Source: Capsulimonadales bacterium
GTDB taxonomy: Bacteria; Armatimonadota; Armatimonadia; Armatimonadales; Armatimonadaceae
Direction of reading: 5' to 3'
DNA: 64,000 nucleotides
Assembly (NCBI GenBank): GCA_033762295.1
Contig: JANRLW010000078.1
Span: 1 to 64,000, forward strand
The position numbers were made by a program, and so were the translations under genes. Of this stretch, positions 10,400 to 20,281 are shown one piece after another. Every line of letters begins with the position of its first letter. Positions within the stretch are counted from its first letter, which is position 1. The notes beneath the pieces were generated by a model that searched no databases, was not told where the DNA came from, and saw nothing but the letters and a program-made list of their open reading frames with translations.

Positions 10400-10996
10400 A
10401 TGTACCGGGGAACTTTACTTCCTGTCGTTCTGACAGGATTCTTTCTGCTGCCCCTTCCCGTTCGCGCGCAGGACGGGTCGACCGCTCCGCCGCCCGTCGA
10501 GGAGCCGACCGGGTCGGAGACGCCCCGCCCACGTTTTCGTTTCGGTCCGGAACTCGGCTTCTACTTCCTGACGAGCGATCGGGCCGCCGATACGTTCGGA
10601 CGGGTGTTTACGAATGTCGGCTTCGGTTTCGGAGGTGTGCGTCACGCCCGGCGCAAAGGGGAGACGTACTTCGACCTGAACGTCGTGGCGAATCGACGGC
10701 GAGGCAGTGAACTGGTCCTGATTCCGGCGGGGATCGCCTACCGCCGTAGCTTCGCCCGCGAGGACACCGCTCAGATCAACCCGTACTACGGTTTCGGCGC
10801 GAACGTGGTCGGCGTCCATTCACGCTCCGACCGCGACAACCTTCCGTCCCGGTTCCGTTTCGGCGCAGGCGGCAACGTGTTCGCCGGTGTGACGTATCGG
10901 GATACCGGCTACCTTCAGGCCCGGTACCTGCTGATGAGCGACGTTCGCGGCTTCAACCTGTCCGGCGCGTCCCTCGCAGTCGGTTTCCGTTTCTAA
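10400..10996 (+). CDS. Small outer-membrane beta-barrel-like protein
   Basis: Signal peptide, alternating amphipathic strands, NPYYGFGA, C-terminal VGFRF. Confidence 0.7.
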   Translation: MYRGTLLPVVLTGFFLLPLPVRAQDGSTAPPPVEEPTGSETPRPRFRFGPELGFYFLTSDRAADTFGRVFTNVGFGFGGVRHARRKGETYFDLNVVANRRRGSELVLIPAGIAYRRSFAREDTAQINPYYGFGANVVGVHSRSDRDNLPSRFRFGAGGNVFAGVTYRDTGYLQARYLLMSDVRGFNLSGASLAVGFRF

Positions 10997-11613
10997 CGGA
11001 ACCGGCTTACCCGGCGTACACGGCCCTTCCCCCGTCCCTCGGGATTTTCCGAAAAGCACAACGGCAACGCAACCGATCCTACAGCTCCTTCCTGAAGGGC
11101 TTACACCACGACAGGGGACAGGTAACCGCTTAGCTGATGTCATGCTATCGAAAATAGGGAGAGAATAACAAGTAGACACTGGCGATGGTTCGGGCAAGCC
11201 GGGACGGATGGCGAGGACGGATTGGACGGCGGTTCGAAGGCAGGTTGGCCTGAGCCACCGGGCCGCTGCGTCCGAAGATAAAAGCATTACCCTGCGCTTC
11301 GGGGCGCGGCACGGTCACCGGGTTCTCCGTCGAGATCGGAGGCGAGGGGCCGTCAGAAAAGGGAAACTATCCGGCACTCCCGGTCGTAGTCTTTATACCG
11401 GAGGTCCACTCCGGGAGACGGCGAGTTACGGCGGCATCGCTCGCACCCTCCGCATTCGGATCGGGGCGGCCATGGGCGGGAAACGGGAAGCCCGAGAGAT
11501 CGAATTTCACCGGTTTTTCTTCGACGGTCGGCGACGCGAAAGATACTGTTGTATAGTGTAGGAATATCTGGCCTTCGTTAGAACCCCAGGCGGGGCGAAT
11601 GAGGATGATTAAG

Positions 11614-12585
11614 ATGAAGTACAAGCGATGCTGCGCATGTGACTTCTGGGTGACCACTTCGGACGCCCGTTGCCCGAACTGCGGCATTCCGGACCCACGC
11701 TCCGACCGACAGGATCTTCCCATCGAAGCGCCTATGACCGATGGGACGCGTGCCGCATTCGGCGGCTTTATCGGCGCAATCATCGGCGGCTTCCTGATGG
11801 ATGGCATGGGCGTCGCGGTCGGCGTCGCGGTCGGCGTCAGCCTCGGAGTCCTCCTCGGAGCCGATCGCGAGTGGCAGCCGCCGGATCTCGGGAACCTGAC
11901 CCGGCGAACCCACCGTTACCTGCGACAGGACGAGGAGACGATCCAGCAGCGACTGGCCGATATCGCCGCCCGCGAGAAACGGCTGGCCGAAGCGCGCCAG
12001 AAAGTCCTCCAGGAGATCGAACGTGAGCCGAACAGCGAACACTGGCAGAAGGTTCACGCCCTGCTCGACTCTGCCGCCGCGGTCCTGGCCCGTCATCGGG
12101 AGCAGTTCCATGCCAAACTCTGGGAGATCGCCCTGGTTCGCTGGCAGAACACTCTGGAACCGCTGGCCGCCGACTGGGATTCCCTCACCCATGAAAGTGT
12201 GAACCACCGCCTGCGGCTGCTCGAGGCGGCCCGTGATCGCGGACAGGCGTACCTGAACGAGTGGGAAGGCGTGGACCTGACCGAACTGCCGGAGGCGCAA
12301 CGATGTGTCAGCCGGCTGAAACAGGCGCTGGAGTCCTGCGACAAACTACGCGAGGCGCTGATCGTTCAGCAGGCGGCGCTGGCCGTCAAAGGCATCGCCC
12401 CGATGGACGAAAGCCTGAACCCGATGCTGTCTTCCAGCGATTCGCTGAAGTCTCTGGATGTTTTCAATGCGCGGGCCGCCATCGGCGAGTTTTCGTCCGC
12501 CTTCTCGGAACTGGAAGCGGAGTACGCCCGACTGCGCAGCGAGGAGGAACTGGCCGAACGCGCGGTGCTCGCCCGCCGTGTCTGA
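11614..12585 (+). CDS. Zn-ribbon + glycine-rich TM hairpin + coiled-coil hypothetical protein
   Basis: CCAC...CPNCG, two Gly-rich TM segments, long helical C-terminus; start uncertain (11599-11614). Confidence 0.75.
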   Translation: MKYKRCCACDFWVTTSDARCPNCGIPDPRSDRQDLPIEAPMTDGTRAAFGGFIGAIIGGFLMDGMGVAVGVAVGVSLGVLLGADREWQPPDLGNLTRRTHRYLRQDEETIQQRLADIAAREKRLAEARQKVLQEIEREPNSEHWQKVHALLDSAAAVLARHREQFHAKLWEIALVRWQNTLEPLAADWDSLTHESVNHRLRLLEAARDRGQAYLNEWEGVDLTELPEAQRCVSRLKQALESCDKLREALIVQQAALAVKGIAPMDESLNPMLSSSDSLKSLDVFNARAAIGEFSSAFSELEAEYARLRSEEELAERAVLARRV

Positions 12586-12604
12586 CCTACGTTCGTCCGT
12601 TGAG

Positions 12605-12637
12605 AAGAAGCCGGGAGTTCCCCGGCTTTTTCTTTTT
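12605..12637 (+). terminator. Intrinsic terminator
   Basis: AAGAAGCCGGG-AGTTC-CCCGGCTTTTT followed by CTTTTT. Confidence 0.85.
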
Positions 12638-12707
12638 CGGACACCGAACCCCGGCATATAATTTGCGGTCCGAATCGTCAAACCCTTGAAAAAGGGTCGT
12701 CACGGGA

Positions 12708-13115
12708 TTGCCCAGCGAGATGCCACAAACGAAACGACCGTCCGATGACCGCGCGGCTTTACCCTCTGCGAACGCCCCGGAACGCCGGAGAAAACGCGGC
12801 CTGATCTTTCATGGACCTCTGCGCCTGCGCCGGACCGGGGAGAAGGAAGCGTTCTTCATGGTGCTTATCTGCACCTGGGACATGTATACGACGCTCTGGT
12901 GGGTCATCCGGGGCGAAGCGCTGGAGGCCAATCCCCTGCTGGCCTGGACGTTCACATATCACCCGATCTGGTTTGTTCTGGTAAAATCTCTGCTCTGCCT
13001 TCCCGCCATGTATTTTCTGACGAAGGTGGGACAGCGCAGCCCCCGCCTGACCGTCCTCGCCCTCCGCACGATGATCGTCGTCTACATCTCCATCTATTGC
13101 CTGACCGTCGGCTGA
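12708..13115 (+). CDS. DUF5658-like membrane protein, paralog 1
   Basis: DMYTT...EANPLLAW...FVLVKS; start uncertain. Confidence 0.75.
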   Translation: MPSEMPQTKRPSDDRAALPSANAPERRRKRGLIFHGPLRLRRTGEKEAFFMVLICTWDMYTTLWWVIRGEALEANPLLAWTFTYHPIWFVLVKSLLCLPAMYFLTKVGQRSPRLTVLALRTMIVVYISIYCLTVG

Positions 13116-13342
13116 AAAACGCATCCAACAATGCCTGCAGGCTTACACAGAAACATTTTGTTATTCACTGTTAAATATGCTTGTTTTGTGAATGTTATAT
13201 ACTTTTGATAACGTATTCGGAATTTCTGTCGTAAACTATCTTCATCACCGCAAACAAATGCAACCGTAAAAAATCAATAGCTGTCAGCGCACCGACCGGA
13301 GAAAAGAGTCACAGTCCGCACTAAAGGCAATGGAAGGTTCCG

Positions 13343-13795
13343 GTGATGTCAAAATCCGTGGTAGGAAATCGCAGTGATGTCGAAACAGCGGTCCTCCCCT
13401 CCCCCGCTGCCCTGTCCTCTTCCGGGGAGTTTCTGGGAACGAACGCCGACGAGCGACGGCAGGAGCGACGAGGGCGCGTTTTATTTTTTGGCGGTCCGTT
13501 CTATTTTCGACGGGCCGGTGAGAAGGAAGCCCTGATTCTGGCGCTGATCTGCGCCCTGGACATGTATTCGACCCTCTGGTGGGTTTTGCATGGTGAGGCG
13601 CGCGAAGCGAACCCGCTTCTGGCCTGGACCTTTCACTACCACCCGATCGTTTTCATCCTGACCAAGTCGATAACGTTCCTTCCCGCTCTCTATCTGCTGA
13701 CCGTGGCGGCCCAGAAACGACGGCATCTCTCCGTCCGGATGATGCGCCTGGCGATCCTCGCCTACGTCACGATCTATCTTTTCACGGCCCGTTGA
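13343..13795 (+). CDS. DUF5658-like membrane protein, paralog 2
   Basis: DMYST...EANPLLAW...FILTKS; clear paralog of 12708..13115. Confidence 0.75.
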   Translation: MMSKSVVGNRSDVETAVLPSPAALSSSGEFLGTNADERRQERRGRVLFFGGPFYFRRAGEKEALILALICALDMYSTLWWVLHGEAREANPLLAWTFHYHPIVFILTKSITFLPALYLLTVAAQKRRHLSVRMMRLAILAYVTIYLFTAR

Positions 13796-13804
13796 CCCCG
13801 ATCG

Positions 13805-13834
13805 AAAAAAAAGCCGGGAGATTCCCGGCTTTTT
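13805..13834. terminator. Bidirectional terminator
   Basis: A8-GCCGGGA-GAT-TCCCGGC-T5 between convergent genes. Confidence 0.9.
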
Positions 13835-13839
13835 CGCTT

Positions 13840-15465
13840 TCAGGATTTCATTCCGCCCTGCAACTGGTTCTGCTCCGGGGGCGGGACCGGCGGTCCCCCG
13901 TTCCGTTCTCCGAGACGTTGCGTCATTCCCCCCATGGTCTGGGTCATTCCGCTCGCCCCCAGGTTCTGCGCCATGTTCCCCAGGCTCTGCCGCATCGTCG
14001 GTTCGGTCACCACCCAGGTATCCTTCGACCCGCCCCCCTGAGAGGAGTTGACGACATAGGACCCCTCCTTCAGAGCGACCCGGGTCAACCCGCCGGGGAT
14101 GATCGTCACGCCGTCCGGTCCGGTCAGGATATACGGGCGCAGGTCGACACGTCGAGGGACGATTCCGGCTCCATGAATGTAACAGGGCGCGGTTGAAAGT
14201 TCGACCACCGGTTGTGCCAGGTAGTTGCGCGGGTTGGCGAGGATCTTCTCCGCGAACGCTTCCCGTTCGGCGACGGTCGCCTGCGGCCCGATCAGCATTC
14301 CGTACCCACCCGATTCGTTGGCCGCCTTCACCACGAGCGTGTCGAGATTCCGGAGAATATGATCCCGTTCGGCATCCTCCCAGGCGCAGTAGGTCGGGAC
14401 ATTCGGCAACAGGGGATCCTCTCCCAGGTAGTACCGGATGATGTCCGGGACGTAGCGATAAATAACCTTATCGTCCGCCACTCCGGTGCCGACGGCGTTT
14501 GCCAGGGCGACGTTCCCGGCGGCATAGGCGCGCATCAGGCCCGGAATCCCGAGCGCGGACTCCTTCCGGAAGACTTCCGGATCGAGGAAGTCATCATCGA
14601 TGCGGCGATAAATGACGTCCACCCGTTCCGGCCCGCGCGTCGTTTTGACATAGACGGCGTTGTCCCCACCGACGAACATATCGCGTCCCTGAACCAGTTC
14701 GATCCCCATCTGCTGGGCGAGAAACGCATGTTCGAAATAGGCGGAGTTATAGACGCCGGGGGTCAACAGCACGACACGCCGGGCGGGAGTCGGCGACAGG
14801 GCGCGTAGATTCTCCAGCAGTTTCGTCGTATAGTGATCGACCGGCAGAATCCGGTTGGCCGCGAACAGTTGCGGAAAGACGCGGGTCAGGATCAACCGGT
14901 TCTCCAGGACGTAGGAGACCCCGGACGGAGTCCGCAGGTTATCCTCCAGCACGTACCAGACGCCGTCGTTCCCGCGGATCAGGTCCGTACCGCAGATATG
15001 GACGTAGAGGTTCTTCGGCACCGGACAGCCGATGAACGCCCGCCGATAATGCTGCGCCGACTCGATCAACTCCCGTGGAAGAACCCGGTCGGAGAGGATT
15101 TTTGCGCCCGTATACAGGTCGTGCAGAAACAGGTTCAGCGCGCGGATTCGCTGTATCAGTCCCTTCTCGATCGCCTGCCACTCGGAAAACGGCACGATTC
15201 GGGGGATCAAATCCACCGGGAACGTCCGCTCGATCCCCTGCGCGTCGCCATAGACGGTAAAGGTCACGCCCTGATTCATGAGGGTTGCGTCCGCAAGTTG
15301 GACGCGTTGCCGGAACTCCTCAGCGCTGAGCGAGCCTAGCCGGTCGAAAAGTGCCTTATAGTGCGGGCGGGGAGTCTGTGCCGCCGGATCGGCGAACATC
15401 TCATCGTAAGCGTCGGTATAACCGCCGCGTTGACGACCGCCAGCATACGCGCCGAAGAGATTCAT
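13840..15465 (-). CDS. Circularly permuted type 2 ATP-grasp protein (DUF404/DUF407)
   Basis: YDEMF, VLEDNLRTPSGVSY, LLTPGVYNSAYFEH, VDVIYRRIDDDFLDP, VVNSSQGGGSKDTWV. Confidence 0.93.
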   Translation of the reverse strand: MNLFGAYAGGRQRGGYTDAYDEMFADPAAQTPRPHYKALFDRLGSLSAEEFRQRVQLADATLMNQGVTFTVYGDAQGIERTFPVDLIPRIVPFSEWQAIEKGLIQRIRALNLFLHDLYTGAKILSDRVLPRELIESAQHYRRAFIGCPVPKNLYVHICGTDLIRGNDGVWYVLEDNLRTPSGVSYVLENRLILTRVFPQLFAANRILPVDHYTTKLLENLRALSPTPARRVVLLTPGVYNSAYFEHAFLAQQMGIELVQGRDMFVGGDNAVYVKTTRGPERVDVIYRRIDDDFLDPEVFRKESALGIPGLMRAYAAGNVALANAVGTGVADDKVIYRYVPDIIRYYLGEDPLLPNVPTYCAWEDAERDHILRNLDTLVVKAANESGGYGMLIGPQATVAEREAFAEKILANPRNYLAQPVVELSTAPCYIHGAGIVPRRVDLRPYILTGPDGVTIIPGGLTRVALKEGSYVVNSSQGGGSKDTWVVTEPTMRQSLGNMAQNLGASGMTQTMGGMTQRLGERNGGPPVPPPEQNQLQGGMKS

Positions 15466-15645
15466 GCGGGCTGCCGGGTTCTCCTTACATATAGCCTTGT
15501 CGGCTACCTTCTCCCATCTTATCCCGAAATCCTGCCCCGAACCGCAGAATTTGCCAAAGCGCGTCGTTCGCCGGTAGCTTGACCGTTCTCCGTCTTTTTG
15601 TTACACTGAAAACGTGGGAAGATTACACAGAAAAGGGAACTCCTC

Positions 15646-16380
15646 ATGCAGTTGACGATCGTTTTGTTGGTGCTTCTCCTCCCGCTTTTTTTCACGCTCC
15701 TGACGATTCTCACCGGTATGTGGGAAAAGCGCACGCTTTGGACCTTCGTTCCGGAAGCGGAAGCCCCGCCCGGGCTGATCGCCCCGCCGGCCGAATACCT
15801 GATTCGGGCGAACAACGTCGCCATCTCGCTCGGCCTGGGGTATCTGGGAACGTTCGGTCACGGCGGCGGGACGCTTTACCGGGTTCGTTACCATTTGTAT
15901 ATCCTTCCGCGGTTCGAGGCGATCATCGTCGTCGGCGAAGGTTCAATCGCCCGTCTTCCGATCGCAGCCACCACCCTGTACACCCGCCTTTCCGACGGCA
16001 CGTTGGTGGCCACCACCGATAACATGGCGGCGGTGGAGACCGATCTGACGAAAACCACCCTGGAGGAGATATGGACCGGAGCGGATTTTGAGACGCTCGT
16101 CCGTCGTCACCTGGAGCGTCTGGCCGTGATCGCTCCGCAGGTCGCCCCGTTCTCGTATACCGATCCGCTCGCCGATTTCAAGGAGTGGCGGGCGCAACGG
16201 ATCGAGGCACTGATTCGGCAGGGGTATGCCTCCTTTCTCGATGACCGTCGTTTGCAGTGGCGGTACACACCGCTCGGTGCGACCCTGTTCGCCATTCGCG
16301 GCCATTCCCGAAAACCCCGCCCCGTCAGCGCGATGAAGCCGATCCGCACCGGAATCGAACTGCCGGACCCCCGCGCCTAG
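15646..16380 (+). CDS. Membrane-anchored hypothetical protein
   Basis: N-terminal TM helix followed by a globular domain; GC-biased codons. Confidence 0.7.
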   Translation: MQLTIVLLVLLLPLFFTLLTILTGMWEKRTLWTFVPEAEAPPGLIAPPAEYLIRANNVAISLGLGYLGTFGHGGGTLYRVRYHLYILPRFEAIIVVGEGSIARLPIAATTLYTRLSDGTLVATTDNMAAVETDLTKTTLEEIWTGADFETLVRRHLERLAVIAPQVAPFSYTDPLADFKEWRAQRIEALIRQGYASFLDDRRLQWRYTPLGATLFAIRGHSRKPRPVSAMKPIRTGIELPDPRA

Positions 16381-16404
16381 GGCATCGGAAATCCGGCAAC
16401 GCCT

Positions 16405-17916
16405 TCAGGCCGTCAGATAGCTCGGCAACGACAGCCCTTCGGCAGCCGCCCATCGGGCGACGACGTCGCAGCCTTCGGAGAGCAGACGTTCCTCCTCCGC
16501 CGACAGCCGAGCGTAACCTGACGATCCACGAACGGATTTGGGGGACGGCAGCGCGTTGCGCCGACCCCGCGCCTCGGTGATCGCCCGGTTCCGATTGACC
16601 GCGATCGTCATCACCCGCGCCGGTTCCACAAACCGGCTGCTGTCCGCCTGCAGCGACCAGACCGAAACCGTCCCGCGAGCGCAGTGCGCAGCGTAGGTGG
16701 CGACACAGTGGGACATCGCCCGTCCCTCCAGCGCCAGACCGCGCCCGGTCGTGATCTCGCCGACGGTCCAGCGCAGTTTTCGCTCCGGGTCCCGGCTGTC
16801 CCGCGTCTCATGCGTGAACCCCGCGATGCCGGACGGTTCCCACGACTCGACGACGAACGTCCGCGCGATGGACAGATGTCGATGCCAGCGTTCCATCCGC
16901 GCCAGCAGAGCGGCGGCGGTTCGTCCCTTCATCGTGAAGTTCGGCGGAAGCCGATCGTTTTCCCCGGCCCGACGCGGCGTGTAGCGTTCGTAACGCAGGT
17001 AATCCACCAGCGGGCCGACCTGCGACGGATGCAACATCGGGTTATCGACGAAGAATCGGACCACCGTCTCCCAGAAAGGTTCTTCGCGGAACTCCGCTCC
17101 GAGCGGCGTGGCAATGATCGCCTGTGCCAGACGCTCATTGCCGCCCATCCCCAGCACCTGCGCCCAGCGCCAACCCTCCTCCACCGTGCAGTTCGGCGGC
17201 ACGGCCGTCAGCGCCAGATGCGCCATCCGTTTCGTCAGGGTGAACGGGACGGGCAGGGACCGGAGGCTGACACCGTTACCGACCCCGATGAAACAGTCCT
17301 GAGCGGGGCGCGCGGCGTCCTTCATCGGGGCGAACCAGGCGGTATCCAGAAACTCCGGCGGCGGATACCGGCAGAACAGATGGGCGGCGAGATCGCGGAA
17401 CAGACGGCGCGGGTTGGTCCCCTGCGGCGTCCAGGTCTCCGGGGTCCGGACCCAGTCGGCGTGTCGGCAGGCCATCGCCAGCAGCGCGTTCGCATACAGG
17501 CTGCCGGCATAGCGAGCGATGACCGCATCGCATCCCTGAAACCCCTTGAACGGGTGGGTGACCAGCAATAACCGTAGAAACGCCTCTTTCAGATGTCGGC
17601 TGTTACGAATATCGTGGAACCGTCCATACAGGTGGTTCAGATAGGGCCGGTGTCGGGCGTTCTCCGGCATCCGCAGGTTCGCCAGTTCGCGCAGGACCGT
17701 TTCCGGATGGCGTTCGAACTGCCGCGCCGCTTTCAGCACGCTCTCGTGTCGTCGTCGCTCGAACAGCGTGACCTCCTGACGCCGTTCGCCGGGGGTCTTG
17801 CGCGTCGTCGCGCGTACCCCGTTCGCTTCGCACCAGGCCAGATACTCCCGCAGGTCGCGGCACCCGACCTGTCGAAAATGTCCGGCCCATTCCGTCTCGT
17901 CTCGTTTTGTCGCCAT
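16405..17916 (-). CDS. PcfJ-like domain protein
   Basis: LFCRYPPPEFLDTAW, FTMKGRTAAALL..MERWH, LALEGRAMSHCVATY..C..G..SVWSL, EARGRRN; ATG at 17916. Confidence 0.85.
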   Translation of the reverse strand: MATKRDETEWAGHFRQVGCRDLREYLAWCEANGVRATTRKTPGERRQEVTLFERRRHESVLKAARQFERHPETVLRELANLRMPENARHRPYLNHLYGRFHDIRNSRHLKEAFLRLLLVTHPFKGFQGCDAVIARYAGSLYANALLAMACRHADWVRTPETWTPQGTNPRRLFRDLAAHLFCRYPPPEFLDTAWFAPMKDAARPAQDCFIGVGNGVSLRSLPVPFTLTKRMAHLALTAVPPNCTVEEGWRWAQVLGMGGNERLAQAIIATPLGAEFREEPFWETVVRFFVDNPMLHPSQVGPLVDYLRYERYTPRRAGENDRLPPNFTMKGRTAAALLARMERWHRHLSIARTFVVESWEPSGIAGFTHETRDSRDPERKLRWTVGEITTGRGLALEGRAMSHCVATYAAHCARGTVSVWSLQADSSRFVEPARVMTIAVNRNRAITEARGRRNALPSPKSVRGSSGYARLSAEEERLLSEGCDVVARWAAAEGLSLPSYLTA

Positions 17917-17984
17917 CGTGATTTCCCGAACCAGTATCGCCGGTACGAGAAACGACGTTAAACAAACGGACACGGGTACGGCGC

Positions 17985-18030
17985 CGCCTACATCGCCCCA
18001 CATCGCCCCACATCGCCCTACATCGCTATA
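17985..18030. repeat. 10-bp tandem repeat CATCGCCC(C/T)A, about 4.5 copies
   Basis: CGCCTA-CATCGCCCCA-CATCGCCCCA-CATCGCCCTA-CATCGCTATA. Confidence 0.9.
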
Positions 18031-18427
18031 TCGTGCCGTAACGCAGGAACGTATCGCGGTTCGGCAGAACACCGCGCAGGGTTTGCTTGAAAGCGATCTC
18101 GTTCGGCTCGACGACCCCCTGCGCCCGCCGAATGCACGGTCAGCGTGCGTGGCATCCCTTTTCCGCCATACCCGCCCCCCGGAAAATCACAGAAACTGGG
18201 TGCCGGTCAGCGATAGTCGGGCGAAGATCCGCGTGCGAGCGACATGACGTACAGGCAAAGAAAAGCAGCACATAGCGCATTGGATCGAGCCGCTCCCGGC
18301 AAACTTCATCTCGTTTTTGCCGCATGTCTCGTCGCTCGGCGTAAAAATCGGGTATAAAGTAACGTAACCGGGAGGAAGGCTCCTCCACCGTCGCCCATTG
18401 CGCACAGCGCGAAAGGAACACGATTCG

Positions 18428-18795
18428 ATGCAGCCCCGTGACCCGCTCGCCGGACGGATTCGTCTCTACCGTTTTGCCCTGATCCTTGGAATCGCCGTTT
18501 CGCTGCTGCTGCGGCGTTCTGCTACGAACGTGGTCTGCGGATTCGCCAGCTGGAAGCGGAACTTCAACACTCCTCCGCCCGTGTCCGCCTGGCCGAACGG
18601 TTTCGCCGGGAACTGGATCGGCAAAAGAGCGAAATGGACGCCGAAGCGAGGATGCGCCTGCAGATGATACGCCAGGCCACCCTCTCGGAGATGCGCGCCC
18701 GCGACATGCAGATTCAAGCGATGCAGGCGGCGCGGGAGGCTGAAATCCGTCTCCGGCAGGCGGAACAGCGTCAGGAACGCCAGTCGGGCCGCTGA
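18428..18795 (+). pseudogene. Frameshifted TM + coiled-coil protein (pseudogene or sequencing error)
   Basis: RBS GAAAGGA and MQPRDP...LILGIAVSLLL continue in another frame as AAFCYERGLRIRQLEAEL...QERQSGR*; span is 368 nt, one base short of in-frame. Confidence 0.7.
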
Positions 18796-18800
18796 CCCGG

Positions 18801-19373
18801 TTACCCCGGCGTTTCCTCCCCCGCCCCGGTCCCTTTTTCCCACGGGGGATGGAACGCCAGAACCGTCGCGTAGACCGGACAGTCGGGCGTGTGCGCTCCG
18901 GGCAGGTAGCCGCAGCTCATCAGGAACTCGTTGACGATCTCCCCGCCCGTAAATCGAAACGTCTTCTTGAAGAGCCGTACCCATTCCTCCTTCGTTCGCG
19001 GGTGATGGGCATCGAGCCAGCCCTTGAACGATCCGTACTCCGCCCGGAGTCGCACGATCGTTTGCGCGTTCTCGATCGCCGCCCGCACTTTTAGCCGGTT
19101 TCGAATAATGCCCGCATCTGCCAGCAGCCGAGCGACATCGTCCTCGCCGTACCCCGCCACCGTCGCGATGTCGAAGTTGTCGTACGCTCGCCGGAACCCC
19201 TCCTGCTTTTTCAGAATCGTCTCCCACGAAAGCCCGGCCTGGTTGATCTCGAGGATCAGGCGTTCGAACAGGTCGTTGTCCTCGGTCAGCGGGAAGCCAT
19301 AGGCGGTATCGTGGTAGGTCTTATGTACCGGGTGGGCCGCCTCCGACGCGCAGTACTCGCAGTAAGTCGTCAT
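18801..19373 (-). CDS. tag: DNA-3-methyladenine glycosylase I
   Basis: YHDTAYG, LFERLILEINQAGLSWETIL, IIRNRLKV, AH...C. Confidence 0.93.
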   Translation of the reverse strand: MTTYCEYCASEAAHPVHKTYHDTAYGFPLTEDNDLFERLILEINQAGLSWETILKKQEGFRRAYDNFDIATVAGYGEDDVARLLADAGIIRNRLKVRAAIENAQTIVRLRAEYGSFKGWLDAHHPRTKEEWVRLFKKTFRFTGGEIVNEFLMSCGYLPGAHTPDCPVYATVLAFHPPWEKGTGAGEETPG

Positions 19374-19377
19374 CGGA

Positions 19378-20211
19378 TCACTCCGGCCGCACCGTTTTCT
19401 TCAGGAAGCCGCGCACGACATCGAGGAACTCTTCGGGCCGGTCGCGCCGGATGCAGTGACCGGCTCCCGGGATATGCGCCCGCTCCAGATGCGGGACGAG
19501 TCGCTTCAAATCGTCGGCTCCTTCGTCCGTTACCATCGCGCCGAGAGCAGGATCGGCGGTGATCAGCAGGGCGGGACAGGCGATGTTCGGGAGCAATGCG
19601 GACCAGTTCACGGGGGCGGCGTCGGCGCGATTCAGCACCCGAAGGCTGAGCCGGTGCTTGGAATCGGCCCACAGCCCCACTTCTTCGTCCGACCAGTGCG
19701 GCGTCTGTCGTTTCTGCACGGCGATCAGTTCCTCGCGCGTCTGCCGTTTCACTCCCTCCACCCAGCGGCGCATTCCCTCCCAACGCCGGTTCTGCTCTTC
19801 GGTCGGTTGCGTGCTGCCCAGGTTGAGCGCCCCGGCGTCCTCGATCAGGATCGCGCCCGGCAGTTCGGGCCGGGTTCCGGCGAGCACGAAGCTGGTTGCG
19901 CCGCCCATCGAGTGGCCGAGGAGGGCGGGCTTTCGCAGTTCGAGGGCGGTAAGGACCGCCGCCAGATCGTTCGCCAGGTCGAGCAGTCCGTACCCCTCCT
20001 CGGGCGCGTCCGACTTCCCGTGTCCCCGCGCATCCGGAAGGACGACATCAAACTCCGCTTCCAGTTCCTCGGCGAGCGTGGTCCAGCAGGCTCCATCATC
20101 GGAAAACCCGTGCGCCATCACCAGAGCGGGCTTGCCGCTGTTCGCGCCGGTCCGCCGATAGTGCCATTTCAGCCCGTTCACCTCAACATAACCCGATTGC
20201 CACATTGCCAT
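19378..20211 (-). CDS. Alpha/beta fold hydrolase
   Basis: HGFSD, DARGHGKS, GHSMGG nucleophile, AGH. Confidence 0.92.
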   Translation of the reverse strand: MAMWQSGYVEVNGLKWHYRRTGANSGKPALVMAHGFSDDGACWTTLAEELEAEFDVVLPDARGHGKSDAPEEGYGLLDLANDLAAVLTALELRKPALLGHSMGGATSFVLAGTRPELPGAILIEDAGALNLGSTQPTEEQNRRWEGMRRWVEGVKRQTREELIAVQKRQTPHWSDEEVGLWADSKHRLSLRVLNRADAAPVNWSALLPNIACPALLITADPALGAMVTDEGADDLKRLVPHLERAHIPGAGHCIRRDRPEEFLDVVRGFLKKTVRPE

Positions 20212-20281
20212 GATTTCTTCCTTTTGTAGACCACTTGTACGAACATTGGCTTCAGTACCGCCATACCATTCACTAACGCAA

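Noticed and set aside
17985..18030. Short repeats here and at 49331-49375 as CRISPR arrays
   Set aside because: 10-14-bp tandem units with no spacers and no cas genes.
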